64,000 bases of DNA from Candidatus Hadarchaeota archaeon (GTDB lineage Archaea; CAYQAE01; CAYVLA01). The notes under the pieces are model-generated. The model saw nothing but the letters and a program-made list of their open reading frames with translations, had not been told where the DNA came from and did no database searches. Below, piece by piece: positions 20,187-29,463 of the stretch (position 1 is its first letter; each line of letters begins with the position of its first letter). Location: contig CAYVLA010000006.1 of the NCBI GenBank assembly GCA_964452145.1, forward strand, positions 19,876 through 83,875. Reading direction: 5' to 3'. The translations under genes were made by a program, and so were the position numbers.

Positions 20187-22982
20187 ATGAACGCGGAATA
20201 CGATGTTGTGGTGGTGGGCGGCGGACTTGCCGGGGTGGCCTGCGCCCTCGCTTTGGCCCATCGCGGGAAGCAGATCCTATTGGTGGAAAGACGTCCTGCA
20301 CTCGGCTGGGAGAGCACATGGGCCGGGCAATTGGACTACGGCGGTATCCGCTCGCCCCTGACTAGGCAGATCCTCCAAGAGGTCGAACGCGTCGGTGGGA
20401 TGAACGGAAACGTGGTGGACGGTCCCATACTGGAACTGGTCCTAGATCGACTTGTTCGAAGCGCCGGGATCTCCGTGCTGCTCTATTCCCTTCCCGTCCG
20501 CCTTGTGTTCGAGGAGGAGGTTGCACTCGGGGTGGTCGTCGCCAGCAGGAGCGGGGAACAATTTGTGCGGGGCAGGGCCATCGTCGATGCCACGGAGGAG
20601 GCACTCCTCTGGAAGCAGACCGAGCTCATCGCCGAGGAACTTGGACCGGTTCCTGGGCGACACAGCTTCTACATGAACCACGCCGAAAGGGATCTGGCCC
20701 TTCCCCTCGACATGGGAAATGGCATGTACATCCGGCCCTCAATTTGGGGCGGGGAGGTCCGCGTGGACTATGTCCTAACACAGGCCGACCTCGCGACCGC
20801 GCGCAGCGCGTTGCCCGATGCGATACGTCGAGCACGTCGGCTAGCTCAGCTCAAGGACGCCCTGGTTTCCCACGTTTCGAATGAGACATTCCCGCTGTCT
20901 CCTTCCGTCCGATTCGAGCAAGGCGGCATCGTCCACCCCGGATTCTGCAATCTGTATGGCTGCGGCATCTGGGCAGCTGAGGCGGAAAACGATCCTGTCG
21001 GGCGGCTGCGACTAGGGGAACGTGTGGCGGCAGCGGTGGAAACCTGCGACCTGCCCACACGCTCCGCCAAGGCGCTGGTTGCCGGATCCGTATCCTCACC
21101 TCCTGAGACCAGGACCCATATTCTGGTGGTGGGGGGTGGAACAGCCGGTGCGATCGCGGCGATCGCAGCTGCTCGAAGCGGCGTCAGTACCACGCTGATC
21201 GAGGAGACGACCTCTCTGGGAGGCATCGGCACGATGGGTGCGATCCACTACTACTACCATGGGCTCACCGGCGGGATACAGGATGAGGTAGATGCCCGCA
21301 CATCCCGGATCACCCCGCTGTTCTGCGGCAGGTGGAATGTGAGCGGCTTTCACCCGGAGGCCAAGAAACAGGTCCTACACGAGATGGCCCAGGAGGCGGG
21401 CGTAGAGGTTCGCTACAACACGATCGTGACTGGCGTGCGGCTCCAAAGCGGCGAGGTGCGGAGACCAGCCCAACCCGGCAAGGAGGTGGTCGTTAGGGAC
21501 GGCCAAGAACGCCAGAAGTTGCTGGGGGTGCTTGCGGCCTCACCAAGCGGAGTTGTCGTATACGAGGCTGAGGCCTTCATCGACTGTACAGGTGATGGGG
21601 ATGTGGCCGCGCTGTCGGGCGCGCCTTTCATTCTGGGCCGGGAGAAGGACAACATCTGCCACACATACACCCAGGCCGCCGGCAAGCTCGACCCAGAAAC
21701 CGGAGGCCTGTGTCACCTCAACTTCGATGCGGGATATGTTGACCCGACCGATGTCGAGGACATGACCCGGGCCCGCCGGTACGGCCTTCAACTATACTGG
21801 CAGGAACCATTCACGAAGGACACCCGGCTTCTCTACATCGCACCCATGCTCGGGGTCCGCCAGGGTCGGCAGATCATCGGCGAATACCAGCTGACCCTCG
21901 CCGACGAAATCGCGGGAAGGCGCTTCGAGGATGCAGTGTCCTTCATGCAGGCCCACTACGACAACCATGGCTACGACTACGAGAACGAAAGCGACGAGGC
22001 CGCCCTCTGGGTTTGGGTTCTTGGCAACTGGAGGAAGCCCATCGGGTGCGAGGTCCCCTACCGCTGTCTGCTTCCCAGCAACGTTGACGGATTGCTGCTT
22101 GCCAGCCGGGCGCTTTCGATGACCTATGACGCCCACCACGCCTTTCGGATGCAGAGGGACCTCCAACGCGTCGGCGAGGTGGCTGCTCTGGCCGCGGTTC
22201 AAGCGGTTAGAGACGGCGTGGAACCAAGGCAGGTCGACGTGAGGAAGCTACAGTCCGTGCTCAGGGAAAGGGGAATCCTGGATGACCGGTATCGGCCAAA
22301 GCCCGCGATATCCGAGCACCAGGTCCAGCAACTCCCCGGCGACAGCTCTATCGATACCGATCGGGCCGGAGGACTGGCCTGGCTGGCGGTTCGCGGTGGA
22401 CAGGCCGGTCTTCCCGGGCTGAAGGATGCCTTGGCATCGCCCGATCCCACGGTGCGCTTCAAGGCGGCCGCGGCGCTTGCACGTCTTGGTCAAGAGCAAG
22501 GGTTGTCGGCGCTTCTGAGATGTGTAGAAGAGCGAGCGGCCGAGGTGCCCGAGGGTATGCGGACCGTCCCTGTGTGGCAAGCAGCGATTCCGTTTCTGGG
22601 CATCCCTGGGCATCGCGAGGCGGTCCCGGCGCTGGTGGAGGTCCTGCGCGATCCCCAGGCTCCCATCGATGCGTTGGTTGCATCGGTGCGCTCGCTGGGA
22701 AGAATTGGCGAACCGGGGGCGTTGAAGGCCCTGCGACGGCTCCTGCATCGTCAGGATCTACCCGCCGAGCGAACCCTTCGTGCGCCGCCTGGCGTGAAGC
22801 CTGCGGTGGAGGATGCGCGATGGCAACTTGTCGTCGCGGCGGCCGAGGCGATGGGAAGGCTCGGCGCTACAGCCAATGAAGTGAGGCATATCCTGCAACA
22901 CTACCTGGTGGATGAGAGAGCCTACGTTCGCCGCTATGCTGCTCGCATTCTTCGGGAAGCCGGCATACCCCCCACTCCGTAG
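20187..22982 (+). CDS. FAD-dependent oxidoreductase with tandem FAD domains and C-terminal HEAT/PBS-lyase repeats
   Basis: YDVVVVGGGLAG and ILVVGGGTAG Rossmann motifs, IVDAT, FIDCTGDGD and EVPYRCLLP. C-terminal VRFKAAAALARLG-type repeats. Confidence 0.88.
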   Translation: MNAEYDVVVVGGGLAGVACALALAHRGKQILLVERRPALGWESTWAGQLDYGGIRSPLTRQILQEVERVGGMNGNVVDGPILELVLDRLVRSAGISVLLYSLPVRLVFEEEVALGVVVASRSGEQFVRGRAIVDATEEALLWKQTELIAEELGPVPGRHSFYMNHAERDLALPLDMGNGMYIRPSIWGGEVRVDYVLTQADLATARSALPDAIRRARRLAQLKDALVSHVSNETFPLSPSVRFEQGGIVHPGFCNLYGCGIWAAEAENDPVGRLRLGERVAAAVETCDLPTRSAKALVAGSVSSPPETRTHILVVGGGTAGAIAAIAAARSGVSTTLIEETTSLGGIGTMGAIHYYYHGLTGGIQDEVDARTSRITPLFCGRWNVSGFHPEAKKQVLHEMAQEAGVEVRYNTIVTGVRLQSGEVRRPAQPGKEVVVRDGQERQKLLGVLAASPSGVVVYEAEAFIDCTGDGDVAALSGAPFILGREKDNICHTYTQAAGKLDPETGGLCHLNFDAGYVDPTDVEDMTRARRYGLQLYWQEPFTKDTRLLYIAPMLGVRQGRQIIGEYQLTLADEIAGRRFEDAVSFMQAHYDNHGYDYENESDEAALWVWVLGNWRKPIGCEVPYRCLLPSNVDGLLLASRALSMTYDAHHAFRMQRDLQRVGEVAALAAVQAVRDGVEPRQVDVRKLQSVLRERGILDDRYRPKPAISEHQVQQLPGDSSIDTDRAGGLAWLAVRGGQAGLPGLKDALASPDPTVRFKAAAALARLGQEQGLSALLRCVEERAAEVPEGMRTVPVWQAAIPFLGIPGHREAVPALVEVLRDPQAPIDALVASVRSLGRIGEPGALKALRRLLHRQDLPAERTLRAPPGVKPAVEDARWQLVVAAAEAMGRLGATANEVRHILQHYLVDERAYVRRYAARILREAGIPPTP

Positions 22983-23344
22983 ATCCCCGTGCCTATGTCC
23001 ACTGCGATTAAACGATACGAGATCCCCTTCATGAGCTCGATCCGCAGGAGAGAGGGATCCGAGACGGCACACATCCGGTGGGGACAGCCCTGGCACAAGA
23101 TGCAAAGACACGAAGGGGTGTTGGGGCACCCGCCCGCATTCAACCATACTGATCCGAATCCAGCTTCCTCCTGCGTGCTCTCGCCACGGTTCGATCCTCA
23201 CAGAAGATGTGAGAGGCCCGCGAGGAAGCCTCGGATCGGATTGTTGATCTCGGTCTCGCGGAATGGCTGGGCACGATCACATCTGGGTGTACGCAATGAT
23301 GCCAACGCGATCCTGCGAATCGGGGTGTATGTTAGGGATGGGCC

Positions 23345-23644
23345 GTGATGCCTAAGGTCCTCAGGCGGAAACGGGATGCCCTCGTGGAGTTCGAGGTAAG
23401 GACCTATCGGAATCACAGGTCTTCTCTTCGCCGAAGAGACCAAGAGGTTCCACGGGCCCTATCGGGAAGGGAGGGACTGGGCCTCATCCTTGAGGGAGTT
23501 CACAGTTGCCTCAGAGCCAACGAGAGGACGCCAGTGGGTTATGATCTGTCCGATCCCTTTCGACTGCACTTCCTAGCTTGGGTTGGGGTCAGCGGAGTAA
23601 CAGTAAAGGTCATGCCGGATCGGGAGACGAGGATCCTTTCTTGA
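23345..23644 (+). CDS. Hypothetical small protein
   Basis: 99-aa ORF preceded by GGGATGGG; no recognisable motif. Confidence 0.25.
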   Translation: MMPKVLRRKRDALVEFEVRTYRNHRSSLRRRDQEVPRALSGREGLGLILEGVHSCLRANERTPVGYDLSDPFRLHFLAWVGVSGVTVKVMPDRETRILS

Positions 23645-23922
23645 TGTGTTCTTTCGTAGGTGACGATGGTGAAAAGGCCAATTCATCATGGGTCCGATGG
23701 ACCATCCGTTAACAAAGACGTCGCCTCACTGCAACCATTGGCTGAGGCGGCTCTGGTAGACAACACTATGCACAACGGCACACGACGTGCATTGCGAGAT
23801 ACGCAACCCTGCCTAAGGTATTCGAGACGGCGTCTTGCGAATCTGGCAGGCACTGGGTTGACCCCGGGATAGCATTAGCAAATATGAAGAGCCAATTCTT
23901 AACCAGGCGGAGGAATGCAGCG

Positions 23923-24078
23923 GTGGATCTGCTCGAACCAATTCATCACAACTCAACCTCCCTGATGGTACTGGCCATCGCCGTGGTGGTTGCCTGCCTG
24001 TTCCTTGCTGCCTTTCTCCAAGGACGTCAGAGGAGAAGACGAGATGTCTTCTTCCGGCCCCCGCAAACGCTTCTGTGA
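23923..24078 (+). CDS. Small single-TM membrane peptide (about 51 aa)
   Basis: GGAGG RBS then in-frame GTG; LMVLAIAVVVACLFLAAFL followed by QGRQRRRR. Confidence 0.55.
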   Translation: MDLLEPIHHNSTSLMVLAIAVVVACLFLAAFLQGRQRRRRDVFFRPPQTLL

Positions 24079-24595
24079 ATCCGTCAAGGCGACAGCCTAA
24101 CGGTGAAGAGTCAACCCGACCCCAGATGCTAGTCGTAGGGTCCCGCGGATAGGCCCGCGACGGCTATCCTCCACAAGGTCTCAGGTGTTCGTGGCAGGTC
24201 GCGTTGCGGAATGTGGCTAGATCACATGGACAAAGACCGAGGAATCACGGACGACCAGCCCTTCCGGCAGCGTACCGAGTCGAAATTATCGAGAGTCGTG
24301 GAGATCGTGCGGAGGAGGTAGTATATCGGCTGAAGCTGGGCAGGCTGATCGGATCGGACCGGAAAGCGTTGCGAAGGAGGGTCGGGGACCTAGGATGACC
24401 CACACCGGTGGCTGTCCTCGGCCTCAGGTGCTTGCTGTGGGCATCCACCGACCATTCTGGAATGCTTCATGAGACGCCAGCCGTGGATCCACCAAAAGCC
24501 CCCTAGCCCTGCGAGAATCCCATCCAAGCTTACTGTGCCAAGGAACCCAGATCTAAGCGATGGCCCGACATTGAAGGAGCGGGAGCGACCCATCC

Positions 24596-24796
24596 TTGAG
24601 GGACAACGAGTTTGGGCCCAAGAAGAGGAGGCTTCCCTACAACGAGTACAAGAAAAGGGAGCTGGGGGAGATGCAGAAACGCCTTCTCGACTCCGGCCTC
24701 TTAAACGATAGAAAACCAAAGGGATACGGTCTCTTCACCCGTCTATGTCGCGAGATCTTGGACCTGGCGCATGGAGGACGGTGGCACAGGAAGTAG
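24596..24796 (+). CDS. Hypothetical small basic protein (66 aa)
   Basis: GGAG elements upstream of a TTG; protein-like K/R/E/L-rich composition. Confidence 0.4.
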   Translation: MRDNEFGPKKRRLPYNEYKKRELGEMQKRLLDSGLLNDRKPKGYGLFTRLCREILDLAHGGRWHRK

Positions 24797-24829
24797 GAGA
24801 CACCCGCCACGCCAAGAACCCTCTTCTCT

Positions 24830-25065
24830 GACCTAGGCAAGGCGATCAAGGGGTTTCCTCCCCAGGGGGAAGATCAGCCGACCGTTGGCTCGCCCCTGCA
24901 GCGAGGGGCTGGAAACCTGAAGCTGGCATTGAGCCACCCCCTGACGAGGTGCGGAATACCTTTGAACCTACCTTCGCGGTGAGGGGCCTAGTTCAGCGCC
25001 ACGCTGATCGCCTTCCTCTGGAAGCCAGCCTTACTTCCAACCTGCAGACGGCCGCTGCCTAGGTC
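24830..25065 (+). ncRNA. Candidate structured RNA or palindromic element of unknown family
   Basis: Nested pairings 24830-39/25056-65, 24839-48/25005-14 and 24852-58/24911-17, the last closing three hairpins. G-U wobbles favour the + strand. Confidence 0.4.
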
Positions 25066-25264
25066 GTGGTCTGGGTCGAGATCGCAGCATTCCTTCGCCC
25101 GCAAGGGTTCCTCGACGGTGTCTTGAACGCTCGATCGGGGACTTGGGGCCTGAGACCGACTACAGGTGGGATCGCACTGGCCGGACCTCGAGCGGTCGGG
25201 CAACTCCTCCAGGGAGAGATTTATCCTCCATGAGCCGTCTCCGCTTCGCCAGGGAGTTGACAAA

Positions 25265-27295
25265 CTGAAGCTCGCGTTCACATGTCGAAGGGGCAACGAC
25301 CTATACGAGATCGTGTCATCACAAGACGGAAGAACCATCCGCTACGATGACCCCGCGCAGGCCATTGATGGGGCGGGGAAAGAAGGCGGCGCGCTGATCC
25401 TCGCCGAGGAGTACCCCTCCACCGGGACCAGGATCGAGGAATCCTGGATAAGACAGGCCTCCGAGAACGATGTCAGGCTTTTCGTTGAATATCCCAGCTC
25501 CATGCCCGGCCTTTCCGTAGGAAAGCCGATCACTGCGCGATGGGAGAGGGCCGTCGTCACCTCGGACTGCTTCGGGCCCGAACTGGCGAGGATGAGGATA
25601 CTGGACCTCCATGGATGCAGCTTCGTGCCGCTGAAGGCCACGGATCCCTGCTTGGTTCTTGCAAGGGTCGCTGGCTTCGATAGCGCCTCCTACGGCCTGC
25701 CTGCCACGGTCTACCCATTGCTGTTCAAACACCCCGGGCTTGATTTCCTCATATCCACCACGAAGCTGACCAATTTCGTCACGGCAAGGTACAGCCCGAC
25801 GGAAGCATGGGCTTACGTGTGGAGGACGATCCTATCCTGGCTGACCCGGGACACATATCGACCTGAAGTACATTGGACGCCGACGGTCCGTCCCCGCTAT
25901 GGGAAGGAACAGGTTGTGCCCAATGATGTGGAACTGGACACCTTCATGCGGGGCATCCGTTGGTTCCACAGATCGGGCATCATCGTTGCACGGAATGAAG
26001 GCACCCCGGAAGGGGTCGACATGTGCAGAGGCGACGGCACTAAGGGGATCTACGAGGGCTTCTCATCCCTTGTACGTACGGACGGAAGCCAGCCAATGGC
26101 GAAGAGCCTCCGCAATGATTGCATCGGGGAAGCAGCGGGAGCCATAGCAATTGGAGCCCTGATCAGGGACGATGAGGAAGGGCGAAAGATTGCTTCCAAC
26201 CTGAACGACTACATCTACCATCACTCCGTGTTCGCCAAAGGCCCGAGGGCCGACCCCGAGAGCCCTTCATACGGCTTGCTGAGCTGGGCCGCCCACCCTC
26301 CCTCTGATGGGATCTACTACGGCGATGACAACGCCCGGAGCATGTTAGGCACCATGCTTTCATCTGCCGTCCTTAAGTCGAGCCGTTGGGACGAGGGCCT
26401 TCTGCGTTGCCTCATGGCCAACCTGAGGACCACGGGGACGCTGGGCTTCCGAGGACACAGGCTGGAGGAGCCCGAACTGCAGGAAAAGGGCTGGCAACAC
26501 TTCGCCAGCCGGTCCATAACCGACTACGCTCCTCACTATGAGGCGTACCTCTGGGCATGTTTCCTGTGGGCGTTCAGAGCCACCGGATACGCTCCGTTCC
26601 TTGAGAAGGCAAGGAGCGCCATCGCGATGACGATGGAGGCGTACCCGGATGAATGGGAATGGACCAACGGGATCGCCCAGGAGCGGGCAAGGTTCCTGCT
26701 TCCTCTGGCCTGGCTGGTGAGAGTGGAGGACACGGCGGAACATCGTTCATGGCTCAGGGCCATGGGGGAGGAGGTCATCTCCAGACAGGACAGATGCGGA
26801 GCCCTCAGAGAGGAGATCGGCGGCCCGGGTAAGGGCCACTACGGGCCCCCCAGGTCCAACGATGAGTACGGCACCAACGAGGCGACACTGCTGGAGAAAA
26901 ACGGCGATCCGATATGCGACATGCTGTACACCACCAACTTCGCTTTCCTGGGGCTGCGTGAGGCGGCCGAGGCAACCCGCGAGACGATCTTCATCAATGC
27001 AGAGGAGAGACTGGCCAAGTTCCTGTGCCGCATACAGGTCCGATCCGAGAAGCACCCAGAGCTGGATGGGGCCTGGTTCAGAGGCTTCGACTTCGGCAGA
27101 TGGGATTACTGGGCCAGTAATGCCGACCTTGGCTGGGGCGTCTGGTCCATCGAGAGCGGATGGACCCAAAGCTGGATCGTCTCAGTCCTCGGACTACGCC
27201 AGATGAAGACCTCCCTCTGGGAAATCGCGGCCCAGACAGAGATCGCTCTACACCTCAAAGGACTTCTCAAAGCCATGCTTCCGGAAGAGCGGTAG
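25265..27295 (+). CDS. Large hypothetical protein with probable (alpha/alpha)6-barrel C-terminal region
   Basis: Long ORF with YYGDDNAR, WTNG, DMLYTTNFA and GAWFRGFD motifs. A TTTATC box at 25220 and GGGAG suggest a CTG start at 25265 (track start 25166). Confidence 0.7.
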   Translation: MKLAFTCRRGNDLYEIVSSQDGRTIRYDDPAQAIDGAGKEGGALILAEEYPSTGTRIEESWIRQASENDVRLFVEYPSSMPGLSVGKPITARWERAVVTSDCFGPELARMRILDLHGCSFVPLKATDPCLVLARVAGFDSASYGLPATVYPLLFKHPGLDFLISTTKLTNFVTARYSPTEAWAYVWRTILSWLTRDTYRPEVHWTPTVRPRYGKEQVVPNDVELDTFMRGIRWFHRSGIIVARNEGTPEGVDMCRGDGTKGIYEGFSSLVRTDGSQPMAKSLRNDCIGEAAGAIAIGALIRDDEEGRKIASNLNDYIYHHSVFAKGPRADPESPSYGLLSWAAHPPSDGIYYGDDNARSMLGTMLSSAVLKSSRWDEGLLRCLMANLRTTGTLGFRGHRLEEPELQEKGWQHFASRSITDYAPHYEAYLWACFLWAFRATGYAPFLEKARSAIAMTMEAYPDEWEWTNGIAQERARFLLPLAWLVRVEDTAEHRSWLRAMGEEVISRQDRCGALREEIGGPGKGHYGPPRSNDEYGTNEATLLEKNGDPICDMLYTTNFAFLGLREAAEATRETIFINAEERLAKFLCRIQVRSEKHPELDGAWFRGFDFGRWDYWASNADLGWGVWSIESGWTQSWIVSVLGLRQMKTSLWEIAAQTEIALHLKGLLKAMLPEER

Positions 27296-27304
27296 GACGG
27301 CACA

Positions 27305-28612
27305 TCAGTGCTTGGTGTTGGCTGCAGCTTCAAGCCGGTCGAATATCCTCCACAGCAATAGCATAGCCCGGGGAACATGGAAGCAGCCCTTCCACTTCCC
27401 TCCCTTCAGCGGGATCAGGACGTTGCCCGCCCGGTCAAGATAGCCCCACCACTCGCCGTACTCAGGATCGGGGAAATGGCTCCACGCATACTCATGCACC
27501 CTGCAATACCATTCCCAACACTTCCTGTCTTGGGTCACCTCGTAGGCAAGGGCCAGGCCCACCAACGCCTCCAGATGGACCCACCACAGCTTCTGGGACC
27601 ATTCCAGCTGGAGCGGAGGCTTCCCCATGGAGTCCAGATAGTAGAAGATCCCCCCGCACTTCCGGTCCCAGCCGAACTCAAGCTGCCCGAGCATCGCGTT
27701 CATCGCCGGCCGAACGCAGTCCTCCCTCCCCAGGCGTCGGGCAACATCCATGATGAACCACATGGCCTCTATGCCGTGGCCGGGCAGTATGCATCGACCC
27801 TCGAAGGTGTCGGGATGGCCTCCATCGGGGAAGACGTTCTCGTAGATCAGGCCCCGCTGTGGATCAACAAGACGACCCATGACCAGGTTGAGGTTATCCA
27901 CGGCAACCTGCTCAAGCATGGGGTCCTCCAGATGGGATGAAAGCTCCAAAGATAGATTGATCGTTATCATCGGCAGGGCAAGAGAAATCAGGGGGCGCGT
28001 CCCGGGGTAGACCTTGGAGTAGATGCCCTTCGGATTGTCCTTGCGCCTCTGGATGTTCCTGTAGGTCGCCAATGCCATCTCCTTTGCCCAGTCCTCCCCG
28101 GTGGCTTTGAAGTACTCGGAGAAGGCCATTGACGCGAAGCAGTCCGAGAAGATGTTGTAAGGCTGCACCAGCGGCCTGCCCTCTCGATTCAGGGCGAAGT
28201 AGTAGTTGCCGCCTTCGTCGGATCCGTGGCGTCGAAGGAATTCGGCACCGAGGGAAGCGATCTCGAGCCACTCGGACTTGGCCTGCACCTCGTTGTAGAG
28301 CTTTGAATAGGTCCAGACCTGCCTTGCCTGCAGCCAGACGAACTTGTCGGTGTCGTAGACCCTTCCCTGTCGATCAAGGCATGTGAAGTAGCCACCGTGC
28401 TCTCGGTCGAGGGAATGGTCGCTCCAGAAGGGAACGATATCATCCAACAACGTGTGCCTGTAGAGCGGGCCGAGCTCCGACGCATCGGGAATGTGTACAC
28501 CACCTGGTCCCCAGAATTCGGTGGACGGTGAGAGTCTGCCGGGCTGGTTATAAGTGTGCGGGCGGCCTCCCAGAATGGCCCCTGATTCCTGTGGGGTGAG
28601 CGTCGAACCCAT
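27305..28612 (-). CDS. N-acylglucosamine 2-epimerase (AGE family)
   Basis: LLDDIVPFW, DREHGGYFTCLDRQG, DTDKFVWLQAR, PGHGIEAMWF, KLWWVHLE and KGGKWKGCFHVPR. Start uncertain (28612 or about 28492). Confidence 0.93.
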   Translation of the reverse strand: MGSTLTPQESGAILGGRPHTYNQPGRLSPSTEFWGPGGVHIPDASELGPLYRHTLLDDIVPFWSDHSLDREHGGYFTCLDRQGRVYDTDKFVWLQARQVWTYSKLYNEVQAKSEWLEIASLGAEFLRRHGSDEGGNYYFALNREGRPLVQPYNIFSDCFASMAFSEYFKATGEDWAKEMALATYRNIQRRKDNPKGIYSKVYPGTRPLISLALPMITINLSLELSSHLEDPMLEQVAVDNLNLVMGRLVDPQRGLIYENVFPDGGHPDTFEGRCILPGHGIEAMWFIMDVARRLGREDCVRPAMNAMLGQLEFGWDRKCGGIFYYLDSMGKPPLQLEWSQKLWWVHLEALVGLALAYEVTQDRKCWEWYCRVHEYAWSHFPDPEYGEWWGYLDRAGNVLIPLKGGKWKGCFHVPRAMLLLWRIFDRLEAAANTKH

Positions 28613-28641
28613 CTTGCCGCGCTCTTCTTCCGATGGCTTCG

Positions 28642-28863
28642 CTAGATCGGCAGATCGCAGCCTTCTCTGACGTCCTTGAACAACTCCCCCGATATGATGA
28701 TCTGCCTCTTGGTTTCGCGCGATATCTGATCGGATTTGAGCCTGAAGTCCCGGGAGATGCGCACGGGCGAGCATCTCTGCTTGATCTCGATTATGCAACG
28801 ACCGTCCTCTAGCAGGATCTCCCTCGAGCAACCTGCGTCAAGACATAACCTGACCCTGGTCAT
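28642..28863 (-). CDS. Hypothetical 73-aa protein, probably leaderless
   Basis: ATATATTTAAAA box at 28906-28895, about 32 nt upstream of the ATG. Confidence 0.5.
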   Translation of the reverse strand: MTRVRLCLDAGCSREILLEDGRCIIEIKQRCSPVRISRDFRLKSDQISRETKRQIIISGELFKDVREGCDLPI

Positions 28864-28967
28864 GGCCGACTCTTGGCGTCTGCGCGTTCGACCCTTTTAA
28901 ATATATCGGCACAAAGCTAACCTTGAATCGGCGAAAAGTGTACCCAAACTGCCGTGAAGCCTCCAGA

Positions 28968-29375
28968 TCAGGGCAGGCCCCAAGCGATCGTTCTGGAAGG
29001 CCTGATCACCAGCATCTGGGCATCGTCCTCCTTGATCGGCCAGGTCCGTTCCCACTTCGGATACTTGCCGTACACAAGCTCCCTGCCCTTCCTAAACAGG
29101 GGGCCTTTTGTCTCAAACCACGCCTCGCCGAATACGATGACCCCGCGATTCTTCTCCCAGCTCAGATACTCATCGACGATGAACGCGACCTTCCTGTTCC
29201 TCTGGATGTTGCGTCCCTTCTTGGTCTCCAGATCCGTGTTGATGTATATCAGATCCTCATCGTTTGCGTAGCACAGGGCTGCGACATGCGGGACTCCCTC
29301 CGGAGTCGCGGTGGCGAGTCTCCCCACGGGCTGCCCTTCCAAGTATTCGCGCTCCACGGCTGAAAAACTCGGCAT
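28968..29375 (-). CDS. Pyridoxamine 5'-phosphate oxidase-like (PPOX-class flavin/F420-binding) protein
   Basis: VGRLATATPEGVPHVA, KKGRNIQRNRKVAFIVD and RGVIVFGEA. Confidence 0.88.
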   Translation of the reverse strand: MPSFSAVEREYLEGQPVGRLATATPEGVPHVAALCYANDEDLIYINTDLETKKGRNIQRNRKVAFIVDEYLSWEKNRGVIVFGEAWFETKGPLFRKGRELVYGKYPKWERTWPIKEDDAQMLVIRPSRTIAWGLP

Positions 29376-29463
29376 CTCTATCTCCGCCTGTTGTTGGGGT
29401 TGTCCAAGGTTCTTAAGAATATCCGCTCCGGCATGGGAGGCCGGCACGAACACCCGTGAGCCA

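Noticed and set aside
24852..24920. tRNA (cloverleaf-like shape; GGAAACCTGA recalls the 5' end of tRNA-Pyl)
   Set aside because: The acceptor strands are in the wrong order for tRNA-Pyl, and there is no T-loop consensus, 7-nt anticodon loop or D-loop GG.
24940..24968. Hammerhead ribozyme (CTGACGA plus stem); also CTGATGA at about 18905-18899 on the minus strand
   Set aside because: The required GAAA does not directly follow stem II, and stems I and III are not evident.
24830..25065. RNase P or SRP RNA
   Set aside because: No GAGGAAAGTCC-like or ACAGAA...GGCT conserved regions, and no SRP helix-8 CAGG-GNRA-AGCA motif on either strand.
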